From positions 50,592 through 114,591 of the forward strand of contig DAGH01000001.1 of the NCBI GenBank assembly GCA_002495675.1: 64,000 bases of DNA, in the 5' to 3' direction. How positions within the stretch are numbered: position 1 is the stretch's first letter; each line of letters opens with the position of its first letter. The position numbers and the translations under genes were made by a program. The notes beneath the pieces are model-generated. The model worked only from the letters and a program-made list of their open reading frames with translations, searched no databases and had not been told where the DNA came from. The stretch is from Euryarchaeota archaeon UBA182. GTDB lineage: Archaea; Thermoplasmatota; Poseidoniia; Poseidoniales; Thalassarchaeaceae. This document shows, piece after piece, positions 40,217 to 50,073 of this stretch.

Positions 40217-43200
40217 ATGTCACGCAGAATGGGGTTGTCAGTTGAGGAAGTGCCCCCCGGCCCCCTGCCAAAGTGGGTTTTAGACCACGCCGTCAATCAG
40301 GCAAAGCTCAGTTTAACAAAGAGTGAAAATAGCAAGATACTCTTCATACACCCAAACCAAGCATCGAGGAATGAAGTTCTGGACAATCTGAGTCGTTCCG
40401 TAGCGGTTTTCGACAGATCAGCGCACCATACAATCCATTCACTGTCGCGAGTGATTGGAGAAGACCTGCGAATCAAAAGACCCATCGAAGCTGACCCGGT
40501 GTTGGAAGAGTCGATACATATGCTGGCAATTCGAGCTGCGGAAAATCTCAGATTCCCAATCCTCCATCCGGACAATAATAGAAAATGGCACAGAGGGAAA
40601 ACGGAAGCGATCAGGGGACTCCACAACGCATTATTGTTCGAGAACCTACTGCAATCATGGGATGGAGCCCATGAGGCACTAGAGTTCAACAAAATACTGG
40701 AGGAAGCTTCCAAGCCTTTGGGCGGACTCCACCCCGATTTATTCATGTTGGAAGTCATCAAGCAACTCGAAAATGAGAATCAGGACACACCCTTCACCCT
40801 CGAGGGGGCAGATGGCATATTGATGCTGGACCACGACCCAACGCTCCCAAAATTAGAATTGAGATTTGTTAGAAGTTTACTCCGCTATCTACCCATTCAC
40901 CAATTATCTCACACAGGAAGTTACCGACTCGGAGAACACGGATTTCAAATTGAAGACATATTCCCTGTGGACAAAAAGGAACAATTGCCTAGTTGGATTC
41001 CCGCCCACACACCCTCATCAACAAGACCTAGTCACGAACCGCGTGAGATCCCGATTCGACTCGAAAGGCAGACCGTTGCCACCGTTAAACAATTTATGAA
41101 AAAAAAGCGAGAGCAGGATCCAAATGCCTCGATTATGATTATCGATCCGTCCTGGGCAAAGAGAGAACACGTATGGAACAGATGTATTTCATCGATCCGG
41201 TCCATGATCGATCCAAACATAGAATCAAACCCTAAGAATCCTATCCTGACATCGTTAATTTCTGACATGACAATCGCCATTGGCAGCCGCGGATTCTCGC
41301 TAGAAAAGATTCGAGAGTTGGGAAAAAGGGGAATTGTGTTCGAATTGTTCGAAACCCCAACGCACCCGGAGGACCCAGACATTATCCCATATTTTCATCC
41401 AGACCTCATCGAAGCTTCAGCAATAAAAAGTCACATAGTTGGCGGACAAGGTTCACTCGTCGAATGGCTCAAATCCCTCTCAATGACATCTGATGATGAT
41501 AGGGACTCACTAAGAAGAGAGCAAACCCAATGGTGGATGCTGATCGTAGCGAACAATCTCTCTCCGCTACTGTCAAAGGAAGATCATGAGACCTTGAGAA
41601 ATCCAAAATTCAGAAGGGGATGTATGAGTGGGGTGGATCTACCATTACCCTCACAATCATCCGATGCCAATGATTGGTTGGAGAGATACCTGCAGATCAT
41701 TGAGGCAAGGGGCCTATCTCACGACAGTGATGCCATCGCAAATGATTGTGAAGAAGCTATAGAGTACGTGACTAGGAGAATGAGGAAATTCGAAATGATG
41801 ACTAGGTCATTGGACCTCGAGACCACAACCACGGGGGAAAAATGGGTAGAAAGAACTCAAAGAATACTTTCGGGATTCAAAAGGAAAAACAGCAACGTCA
41901 GGGACCCAAACATTCGCATCATGACCCCCAAACAGGCGCTTGGATGCACAGCAGACCTAGTCTTACTCACACACCTTTCGGTAGACTGGTCCATGCAAGT
42001 GAATAAACCTCCCTATCTCAGTGAACAAGATAGACTCACGCTGAATATATCAAGTCCGGATAATGAGATAAAGTCAGCCAGACACTCGATGCAGCATCTC
42101 CTCAACGCAGCACCTGAGGTATGTGTGATTCATGCGACCAGCGATGACCTAGCACCCCCATCATTCATTCTCGATGAGTGGTTGAGTCAAAGACCTGAGC
42201 AGGATGCCAGACATCTGGAGACAGAATTAGAGCCACACGGCCCACGGGACCGATTGATCAAAGATGGTAGGAGAATAATGAGGGGGGAGCCAGCCTCGAG
42301 AAAACCACTCAGTGGCTTCGGCCCGCTGCTGAATCTAGACCTTGACTTGGCTAATGATATAGCATCTAGGTCCCCTACAATACCAGATTTTGATGGCTTC
42401 CTGCCCGATAGTTCAGTCCCCAGAGTCATAACTCCACCAATCAAAGATATCGCAAATCCAACCTCAAAGGCCAAGAGAAACCCTCCAAGGAAGAATGGAA
42501 GATGGCCCGTAATCGGTGCGAGGAGCACCGGATTCTTGAGTGCTACCGTAGACCCTAGGCCAATCCAAGGATGGAAAACCGATATACACCAAAGAGAGTC
42601 AAGGCAGGGGCACACCGGTATCAGGATGAATCGGAAAAAATGGTCCCCACACAGATTGAATAATTGGCTGGAATGCCCGAGAAAAGGATGGTTGACAGAC
42701 AAGCAGAACCTCTCAGAGGATGAGCGAACAAACCAAGACCTCGACTCAAGAACCTACGGTAACATATTGCACGGGATCCATCATGATGTAATGTTTGAGA
42801 TCTTGGGATTGAAGGAAGGGGAGGAATGCACGTTGAACGACCTACATTCTCGAAAAAAATCCATCAAATCAAGCAATCACAACCAAGACGAGGTCATGAT
42901 GATAGCCTTGACATCGTTATCAAGGAGGGCACCGTGGCTATCGAGATCTAATGCAACTTGCACTCAGAAACTTTGGATGCTCACCGGGATGAATACAGAT
43001 GAGTGGGAAACCTGGCTGGCTAACCCCAAGCCGATCAGACCCAACGGGAGGGTAGGATCGATAGTTGATGCCGAGATGCGAACGGAAGGGTCAGCTCCGA
43101 TAGCGATAGAATGGGTCCTATCCAAGGATTCCGCGAAAATCGAGATTGAAATACCAAATGAATTGGTAGAAAAACACAGGAAGATCATGCCATTCACGGC

Positions 43201-43786
43201 TAGTGGAGTTATCGACAGAGTAGATCTCGTACCCTTCGACGCACAAGGGGAACAGTGGCACGACGAAGAGGGATCCAACCAAGTTGCGCCCCTCAGGTTG
43301 TTCGGATCTGGCTGGAAACCAAGGCGCATGGTCATTATCAGGGATCTAAAGTCGAGGGAGGATTTCGAAAAGCCGAAGGATAGGCATGAAAGGGCATTGT
43401 TTGGCGAACTACAGCTGGGACTCTATTCCAGAGCATGGGAATTATCACATCCAGGCGACCTTGTGGTTGGAGCTGGCATCACCACTTTGGGCTTTGACTC
43501 GAATCATTACATAGAGGTCTCAGGGCTTGCACCAAGTAGGGTCTTCGAGGGTAGTTTCGGGGAGGCCACAACATTGACCCGCGACATGTTTCGTTTTGCT
43601 GATGAAGGACCAGATACCAAATCAGATTACTTTCGTGCTTGGTTGACCCATAGAATGACTGTGGCATCAAGCGTTGTTCACAATGCAAATTTAGGCCTAT
43701 ACAACCCCACCCCCGATCCATCTATCTGTCGTTATTGCAGAGTGTCCAGTGTGTGTGACCAAGGTAAATATGGAGGACATTCGTAA
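40217..43786 (+). CDS. addB: AddB-like subunit: inactivated helicase-like body plus a C-terminal Fe-S PD-(D/E)XK nuclease
   Basis: 1189 aa with no Walker A. The C-terminal nuclease has WLECPRKGWL (Cys1), ILHGIHHDV, GVIDRVDLV, IIRDLKS, ELQLGLYS (QxxxY) and CRYCRVSSVC (CxxCx5C). Its stop overlaps the start of the next gene (TAATG). Confidence 0.75.
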   Translation: MSRRMGLSVEEVPPGPLPKWVLDHAVNQAKLSLTKSENSKILFIHPNQASRNEVLDNLSRSVAVFDRSAHHTIHSLSRVIGEDLRIKRPIEADPVLEESIHMLAIRAAENLRFPILHPDNNRKWHRGKTEAIRGLHNALLFENLLQSWDGAHEALEFNKILEEASKPLGGLHPDLFMLEVIKQLENENQDTPFTLEGADGILMLDHDPTLPKLELRFVRSLLRYLPIHQLSHTGSYRLGEHGFQIEDIFPVDKKEQLPSWIPAHTPSSTRPSHEPREIPIRLERQTVATVKQFMKKKREQDPNASIMIIDPSWAKREHVWNRCISSIRSMIDPNIESNPKNPILTSLISDMTIAIGSRGFSLEKIRELGKRGIVFELFETPTHPEDPDIIPYFHPDLIEASAIKSHIVGGQGSLVEWLKSLSMTSDDDRDSLRREQTQWWMLIVANNLSPLLSKEDHETLRNPKFRRGCMSGVDLPLPSQSSDANDWLERYLQIIEARGLSHDSDAIANDCEEAIEYVTRRMRKFEMMTRSLDLETTTTGEKWVERTQRILSGFKRKNSNVRDPNIRIMTPKQALGCTADLVLLTHLSVDWSMQVNKPPYLSEQDRLTLNISSPDNEIKSARHSMQHLLNAAPEVCVIHATSDDLAPPSFILDEWLSQRPEQDARHLETELEPHGPRDRLIKDGRRIMRGEPASRKPLSGFGPLLNLDLDLANDIASRSPTIPDFDGFLPDSSVPRVITPPIKDIANPTSKAKRNPPRKNGRWPVIGARSTGFLSATVDPRPIQGWKTDIHQRESRQGHTGIRMNRKKWSPHRLNNWLECPRKGWLTDKQNLSEDERTNQDLDSRTYGNILHGIHHDVMFEILGLKEGEECTLNDLHSRKKSIKSSNHNQDEVMMIALTSLSRRAPWLSRSNATCTQKLWMLTGMNTDEWETWLANPKPIRPNGRVGSIVDAEMRTEGSAPIAIEWVLSKDSAKIEIEIPNELVEKHRKIMPFTASGVIDRVDLVPFDAQGEQWHDEEGSNQVAPLRLFGSGWKPRRMVIIRDLKSREDFEKPKDRHERALFGELQLGLYSRAWELSHPGDLVVGAGITTLGFDSNHYIEVSGLAPSRVFEGSFGEATTLTRDMFRFADEGPDTKSDYFRAWLTHRMTVASSVVHNANLGLYNPTPDPSICRYCRVSSVCDQGKYGGHS

Positions 43787-46700
43787 TGATTCGACTCAAC
43801 TCCGGTCAGAGGTTAGCCCTCAATCTCGACTCGCACATAGCAGTGGACGCAGGAGCGGGAACAGGAAAAACCAGAACTATCGTTGAGCGCGTGATCCAAC
43901 ACTACCTCTCACGAAGGCAGAGGGCTACAGAAATACTTCCAATGCCGGAAAGACCTCGAAGAATATCACTCAGTAGAGTGAGAAACGATACGAATGAACT
44001 TACGGACCCAAGCGAGTGGGAGGGACTCCTCCCAGGGGAGGTTGTACTACTTACATTCACAAATTTAGCAGCGGAGGAAATGAAAGGAAGGCTTCGAGAT
44101 AGAATAAAGCAACTCTCAACTGGTTCGTTGGGCTCAACCCTAGAGGCCGACCCAAGACTGCGTTCGGAGGCAGACAAAGAGCAATTGATGATGCTGCTTG
44201 AAGATGCGCCAATTGGCACCATAGATTCATTTTTCACTAGACTAATCAGACCACATCTCGCCTCTCTCGGTGAACTCATGGATGCAGAGATAGTCACCGA
44301 TGCGCAGAGGGGAACATTGGAAATGGACACCATTGATGCATTCTGGTCACTTCCATCCAACCCGAATCATTTCACATACCTTGACTCTGAATTATTGCAA
44401 ACCGACCAAACTAGAAGGATACTTGAATCCAGAGATCGTCTGATTAAGACTTACTCAGGTAGAAACAGGCTCAACAAAATTTTGAACGGCCTTATGTCAA
44501 ACTCAATATTGGTTGAGGAAGCGACGAGAAACCTCACTGTCGGCGACTCATTCTCGGCATCACTCTTGACAAAAGCCATGCTTAGCAGCGTCTATTTACC
44601 AAAAATAGACCAAGCATTCACTGAACTACAATCAGATTCTAGAGAAACTATTGAGATACTCAAGAGCTATCGACACATTTTCTCTAGATCTGGTTGGAAC
44701 GAGGGTACCAGAGTGGACATGTTGGATATCCTGGCCTCTCAAAATCCAGAGTCCCACGAGGATAAAATCTACTGGATTTCAAAACTCCTTGCAATCTCCA
44801 GAAAGAATCTATTTGGCGATGGGAAGACATTCCCGAGGGACAGCATACCAACATCAGAAACATGGCCATCTGGCATATTGACTTACACAGGGATGGGGTC
44901 AAGCAAGGAAGCCAAGTTGGCCAAGAAAAAACTACAACAATCGATTTCTAAAATCAAACGAACGATGTCGAGCAAGGTAAACACACAGATCATGGAGATT
45001 GCGAAGATATTCATGTGCTATATCGAAGTACCAGGATTGGCCCATATTTCATACCCCCCACCAAGTAGAGTCAGTGTTGAGGAGAATAAGGATTCATTTG
45101 CTCTTGATCTAGGCTCAGAATCCAGACACCTCCAAGATCTTAGCACGGCGATGATTGGACTTCTGGAAATTTCAAGGAATTTGAAGTTCAGACGAAAACT
45201 CAGGGATTTTGACGACGTTTCAAGACTTGCTGGGGAACTCCTCCTCCTCAGATGTCCCCGTGTTTGCAAGATAAGCCACTTCTATCCACGCAAAGTAATA
45301 GAAATACTCGATCATGGTCCCTCAGAACCGTGGCTGGATGACCACATTGAAATGGCATTTTATGAGTTGCAAAAATCAATCGAATCCGGAAGCGGTGATC
45401 ATTTACAACAAAATGCCGAAAGGGCATATTCTGACTTGAACAAAAGATGGGCTACCCTGAGGTCCATACGACGAAGGTTTCGGGCTTTTATCATCGATGA
45501 GGCTCAGGACAACTCGCCCCTGCAGTGGAGACTGTTAGCGAGACTATGGGGACCACGAGAGATTAAACTCGATGAGAAAAACATTCCAGAGACACCCTGG
45601 CAACCTACGATTTGTTATGTGGGAGATGTCAAGCAGTCAATCTACGCTTTCAGGCACGCTGAGGCATCGAGATTTCGGGAATTTACAAATCATTTGAGAT
45701 CGATAAACAACTGGGAGTTGAGGAACATCCCGGCTCTGACCCATGAGCCCCCACTGAGGACCAAGGAGATGAGTAGAGACCCACGACACGATCACAACTC
45801 ACCCTTTACCACTGCTTCGAATATGAGGATCGCATCTGGAAGGGACCTCGAGCCGTGGGTCAGATTCGATCAGGTTGATAGCGTCGATGAGAAGTTAGTT
45901 GAAAGTGACATAATCGCTAGGAAGGAGGGTCTGATTCGTTTAGATGTCAATTTCAGGACGAAATCCGGTTTGCTGGAGGAAATGAACACTTGGTGGAGAG
46001 AGATATTCTCCGAAAAACACAGGACAATTCCTGAAGGTGGATGGTATGCGGATGCGCAAGACCTTAGATCCCCTAGTCCGAATGATCTGACTTACGGAGA
46101 GATGGAATCCACGGACCCTGCACTGAGTGCAATTGAAGAATTGCAGGGAGAAGGCCATCTGGAGTGGATATGTCCAGTTATGGATCCTGACCTCTCAGAC
46201 CCATCGCATGACTTGAGCATTCAAATGAATCCCCTTGCAAGCGGCCTATCAGATAGAATCGATAGAAACGCCAGATTGATCGCTTTGAGGGTAAAGGCTC
46301 TCATGGACGGGACCCCCGTCAAGATCAAGGGGGCAAGCGGAGAGTGGAAAGTGATAGAATCAGACCCAGTAGAGCCTGACGATATCATGATCCTGATGGC
46401 AACCAGAACAGGAATTAGGGACGCATTATTGAGGGAATTTAGACAATTGGAAGTACCCGCTCATGCGGACTTGGAGGGCGATCTGTTCGATCAGCCTGTA
46501 GCGATGGCCATAGAAGCGCTGGTCCAATTGTGTGCGCGCCCAAACTCACGGCACCATCTAGCTTGGGTGGCAAGATCACCCCTGATAGGCATGGCAGATA
46601 GTGAATTGGACGATTTCCTTGCCTCTGCATATCAAGAACAGAACTTACTCAAGAGCCTATCAGATTATCTTGGAGATACCCCATTGGGCAGTTTGGCCAG

Positions 46701-48543
46701 TAGATGGCTGGACCTATCACGATCCGATAGAATCGTCCAAATGTTGGAAGAGACATTGGACCATTCGGATCTCTTAATCGCCTATCCAGATGACTCTGAT
46801 AGGCAGAATGCCGAGCGAGCAGTCACGGTAATCAAAGAAACTCTAGACAGAGAAGAGGGATCACTGTTGGCAGTTGCCGATGCCCTGAGGTCCCTCAGAG
46901 AGGACAATCGAGGTGGAGTCCGAAGCATAACGAAACCTCCATCTGATACAGTCAGGCTGATGTCGATCCACAAGTCGAAGGGCCTGGAGGCAAAGGTCGT
47001 GATCTTAGCAGACCTGTTCAGCGAGAGGCAAGTCGGGAATAAGCATCAGTCGCAGATGCGTTTTGGCGTATCCTCAGATATATTCTCTGGGAATCCGAAG
47101 CCATGGGGAGGGAATCGGACATTGAGATCAGGCGTATGGAATTATTCGAGTTTAATCAACAGATCAAGAAGGGACGCAGAGAACAGGAGATTACTATACG
47201 TCGCAGCGACCAGGGCAAGGGACAGTCTGATAATCGTGGGAGCACCTGATGGAAACAAATCATCAGAGTGGATAAACGGGCAAGGAGTATCATTTACCCA
47301 CGATTCTAGGAAATATCCGCCATTGGGGCACATGATAACCAACTCAAAGAGACATCTAGATTGGGTGAATCGGAATCATGATTCCCAATGGTTGACATCA
47401 GACGACAAAGAAAGTACTGAGGTGCCATTCGAGAGAGGAACGATAGTTTTCGACCCTATTTCGCTCCATGAGGACCATGATGGGACCAAAGGAAGGAAAG
47501 GAACAACATTCGTTTTGCTACACAGCCACGAGTGCATGTCCCAAAGCAAAAACAATACTACGCCATATATCCGAATGAAAAAGGCGTTAGATGCTATTTC
47601 ACTATCCCCCGATAGGGAGAAACTCGACTTTTGTCCCGTCGAATCTCCACCGAGATACATAAGGATCGCACCGTCATCCTTGCATTTTCCAACAGACGAT
47701 TCAGATCCCGGTATACTCGAACAGAGGAAACGAAAAAGGAATTTTAATGAGACGTTGACACCTACAGAATTGGGCACCATTGTTCACCGAGTGGTGGAGG
47801 TCGGTATTGGCAATTGTGGGACAGATCCAACCCCTCCCCTACCACACTCTTGGACGACTAGGAGACCAAATCGATTGAACGATAGGACTCTTCTGAACAC
47901 CGTACTCAAAGAGACTGGGGTAGGACCAACGAACGAATCCATGATAGAGGCGATTTCTGAATTGATGAAGAACATCGAGGATGGTTACCTGGGTAGAATC
48001 ACTAGAGGTGAGACCGTCAAAGGACACACATTGCAAGGACTTCGGACAGAACTTCCGTTCTTGCTCTCGAAGGAAGTGGAGTTTGAACCCCTGATTCATA
48101 GTCTGTGGACTCCGGATGGCAAGTGGGCAACGACCTTGGAAAGTAGAGCAATTGTCCAGATGGAGGGGTTCATCGACATTGTGATCTGCACTCAGGATCC
48201 AGAGGGTAGGCCAACGATGAGGGCGGTCGACATAAAGACCGACTCAACAATGAGAACGTTGTTGGCAGAGCATAATAGCGATCCCCATAACCCAAGCCTT
48301 GACTTTGAGAATCGAATGTTACTCCGTCATGGGATTCAACTCGCAATATATCATAATGCACTTGTAGCGATGAACGAGCAACTCCCGATAAAAGCGCGGA
48401 GATTGCTACTGCCTCCTGCAATAGTCTGGGCAGGGAACGGAAGGATGGTAGAATACCCAATCGAAGTCTTGGAAAATCTCAATTCGATGCTCGAATCTAT
48501 CCTCGTCGAGACGGCTAGGGAGCACTTAGCTCCCTCGAGTTGA
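43786..48543 (+). CDS. addA: AddA/RecB-like SF1 UvrD-family helicase with a C-terminal RecB-type nuclease
   Basis: Helicase motifs are VDAGAGTGKTRT (I), FIIDEAQDNSPLQW (II), CYVGDVKQSIYAFRHA (III), SIHKSKGLEAKVVIL and RLLYVAATRARDSLII (VI). Nuclease motifs are GTIVHRVVE, GFIDIVIC, AVDIKTD and IQLAIYHN. 1585 aa. Confidence 0.85.
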   Translation: MIRLNSGQRLALNLDSHIAVDAGAGTGKTRTIVERVIQHYLSRRQRATEILPMPERPRRISLSRVRNDTNELTDPSEWEGLLPGEVVLLTFTNLAAEEMKGRLRDRIKQLSTGSLGSTLEADPRLRSEADKEQLMMLLEDAPIGTIDSFFTRLIRPHLASLGELMDAEIVTDAQRGTLEMDTIDAFWSLPSNPNHFTYLDSELLQTDQTRRILESRDRLIKTYSGRNRLNKILNGLMSNSILVEEATRNLTVGDSFSASLLTKAMLSSVYLPKIDQAFTELQSDSRETIEILKSYRHIFSRSGWNEGTRVDMLDILASQNPESHEDKIYWISKLLAISRKNLFGDGKTFPRDSIPTSETWPSGILTYTGMGSSKEAKLAKKKLQQSISKIKRTMSSKVNTQIMEIAKIFMCYIEVPGLAHISYPPPSRVSVEENKDSFALDLGSESRHLQDLSTAMIGLLEISRNLKFRRKLRDFDDVSRLAGELLLLRCPRVCKISHFYPRKVIEILDHGPSEPWLDDHIEMAFYELQKSIESGSGDHLQQNAERAYSDLNKRWATLRSIRRRFRAFIIDEAQDNSPLQWRLLARLWGPREIKLDEKNIPETPWQPTICYVGDVKQSIYAFRHAEASRFREFTNHLRSINNWELRNIPALTHEPPLRTKEMSRDPRHDHNSPFTTASNMRIASGRDLEPWVRFDQVDSVDEKLVESDIIARKEGLIRLDVNFRTKSGLLEEMNTWWREIFSEKHRTIPEGGWYADAQDLRSPSPNDLTYGEMESTDPALSAIEELQGEGHLEWICPVMDPDLSDPSHDLSIQMNPLASGLSDRIDRNARLIALRVKALMDGTPVKIKGASGEWKVIESDPVEPDDIMILMATRTGIRDALLREFRQLEVPAHADLEGDLFDQPVAMAIEALVQLCARPNSRHHLAWVARSPLIGMADSELDDFLASAYQEQNLLKSLSDYLGDTPLGSLASRWLDLSRSDRIVQMLEETLDHSDLLIAYPDDSDRQNAERAVTVIKETLDREEGSLLAVADALRSLREDNRGGVRSITKPPSDTVRLMSIHKSKGLEAKVVILADLFSERQVGNKHQSQMRFGVSSDIFSGNPKPWGGNRTLRSGVWNYSSLINRSRRDAENRRLLYVAATRARDSLIIVGAPDGNKSSEWINGQGVSFTHDSRKYPPLGHMITNSKRHLDWVNRNHDSQWLTSDDKESTEVPFERGTIVFDPISLHEDHDGTKGRKGTTFVLLHSHECMSQSKNNTTPYIRMKKALDAISLSPDREKLDFCPVESPPRYIRIAPSSLHFPTDDSDPGILEQRKRKRNFNETLTPTELGTIVHRVVEVGIGNCGTDPTPPLPHSWTTRRPNRLNDRTLLNTVLKETGVGPTNESMIEAISELMKNIEDGYLGRITRGETVKGHTLQGLRTELPFLLSKEVEFEPLIHSLWTPDGKWATTLESRAIVQMEGFIDIVICTQDPEGRPTMRAVDIKTDSTMRTLLAEHNSDPHNPSLDFENRMLLRHGIQLAIYHNALVAMNEQLPIKARRLLLPPAIVWAGNGRMVEYPIEVLENLNSMLESILVETAREHLAPSS

Positions 48544-48594
48544 GGCCATACATTATTGGGAATTCTCAATGTACTTGCGCATAGTGGGTGACAC

Positions 48595-50004
48595 ATGCTG
48601 GACTACGAGTCACTACTGAAATGGTCAGACAAACAATGGGAAAACTCCATCTTGCCCAGTCTCTGCGAGTTCATCTCAATTGAGGCCTTGTCCCCTGGTT
48701 TTGAGCCGAGATGGGAAGAGAAGGGAGAGCTCTCGGCTACATTGGATCTCTTCCAGAATTGGGCCGATATCCAAGGAATAGAGGGACTTGAATCTCATAG
48801 ATTCAAACTAGATGGGAGGACTCCGCTGTTGATTATCAAAGTAAAAGGATCACTTCCGGGTGAGATACTTTTCTACTCGCATTTGGATAAACAACCGTCA
48901 AAACCAGACCTATGGTCGGATGGTTTGAGTCCATTTGTTGGGAAAAGACGGGGGGAATGGCTCTACGGCAGGGGCTCCATAGATGACGGATACGGGGGGT
49001 ATCTCTGCATCAGTGCGATCAAGGCACTCCAAGCCCATGGAATGGACCACCCATCCGCGACATTCCTTATCGAAACTTGTGAGGAATCAGGTTCATATGA
49101 TCTACCCGCTTATCTGGATCACTGCACACCATACCTTGGCAACCCAGATCTGGTGGTGGTCATGGATAGCGGGGGCCCTGACTACGACCACATTTGGAAA
49201 ACCGATGCTTTGCGGGGCTTAATACATGGAACATTGAGGGTTCGTGTCTCCAATGAGGGAGTCCATTCAGGAATGGCAGGAGGAGCGATTCCGTCCTCAT
49301 TCAGAATAGCGAGAATTCTGCTCGATCGAATTGAGGATTCTCGGACTGGTAAAATTCTGATTCCTTCATTTCACACAGAAATCAATGATTCCCAAATCAA
49401 AACAGCAGGGGCAATAGCAGAAGTTGTAGGAGAAAGTTTGTGGGAATCCCTGCCAGTAGTAGAAACCCTTGTGCCTCACAACACCGATACTGCCCAGATG
49501 TTGCTCGATGTAAATTGGAGGCCAGCGCTCTCTGTAATTGGGGCAGGAGGATTACCACCGATCGAGTCAGCTGGCAATGTTCTAAGAACTCACACTGATC
49601 TTGCTTTGAGTCTACGCATTCCTCCCGGAGTCGACTCACAAAAGGCGGTGATCGAGTTGACAGAGGCTCTAGAGAAGGACCCCCCATTCGGTGCTGAAGT
49701 TAAGTTTGAGGCATACCCTCCTGCAGATGGTTTCAGAGCCCCACCCCTTCCTCCAAATGTTGCAGAGGAACTTGAAAAAGCATCCAGTTCTCTAACAGGA
49801 AAACCCTCTCACACAACTTGGGTCGGGGGAACCATCCCATTCATGGCTATGATGCAATCAAAGTATCCTGATTCAGCATTTTTGTGTACTGGAGCCGCTG
49901 GACCCGGCAATAACGCCCACGGCCCAGACGAAAAACTACACATTCCAACCGCGAAAAGACTCACAGCAGCCATCGCTGCTGTCTCATGGTCGGTTGGAAA
50001 TTGA
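48595..50004 (+). CDS. M20-family metallopeptidase (dipeptidase-like)
   Basis: YSHLDKQP, GRGSIDDGYG, ETCEESGS and the distal H in the NNAHGPDE motifs. Confidence 0.8.
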   Translation: MLDYESLLKWSDKQWENSILPSLCEFISIEALSPGFEPRWEEKGELSATLDLFQNWADIQGIEGLESHRFKLDGRTPLLIIKVKGSLPGEILFYSHLDKQPSKPDLWSDGLSPFVGKRRGEWLYGRGSIDDGYGGYLCISAIKALQAHGMDHPSATFLIETCEESGSYDLPAYLDHCTPYLGNPDLVVVMDSGGPDYDHIWKTDALRGLIHGTLRVRVSNEGVHSGMAGGAIPSSFRIARILLDRIEDSRTGKILIPSFHTEINDSQIKTAGAIAEVVGESLWESLPVVETLVPHNTDTAQMLLDVNWRPALSVIGAGGLPPIESAGNVLRTHTDLALSLRIPPGVDSQKAVIELTEALEKDPPFGAEVKFEAYPPADGFRAPPLPPNVAEELEKASSSLTGKPSHTTWVGGTIPFMAMMQSKYPDSAFLCTGAAGPGNNAHGPDEKLHIPTAKRLTAAIAAVSWSVGN

Positions 50005-50073
50005 GTAAAACCATACTCAGAAGACGGTCAAATAGCATTAGGGTTCATATCATTCAGGACACAGGGTCCCCTG

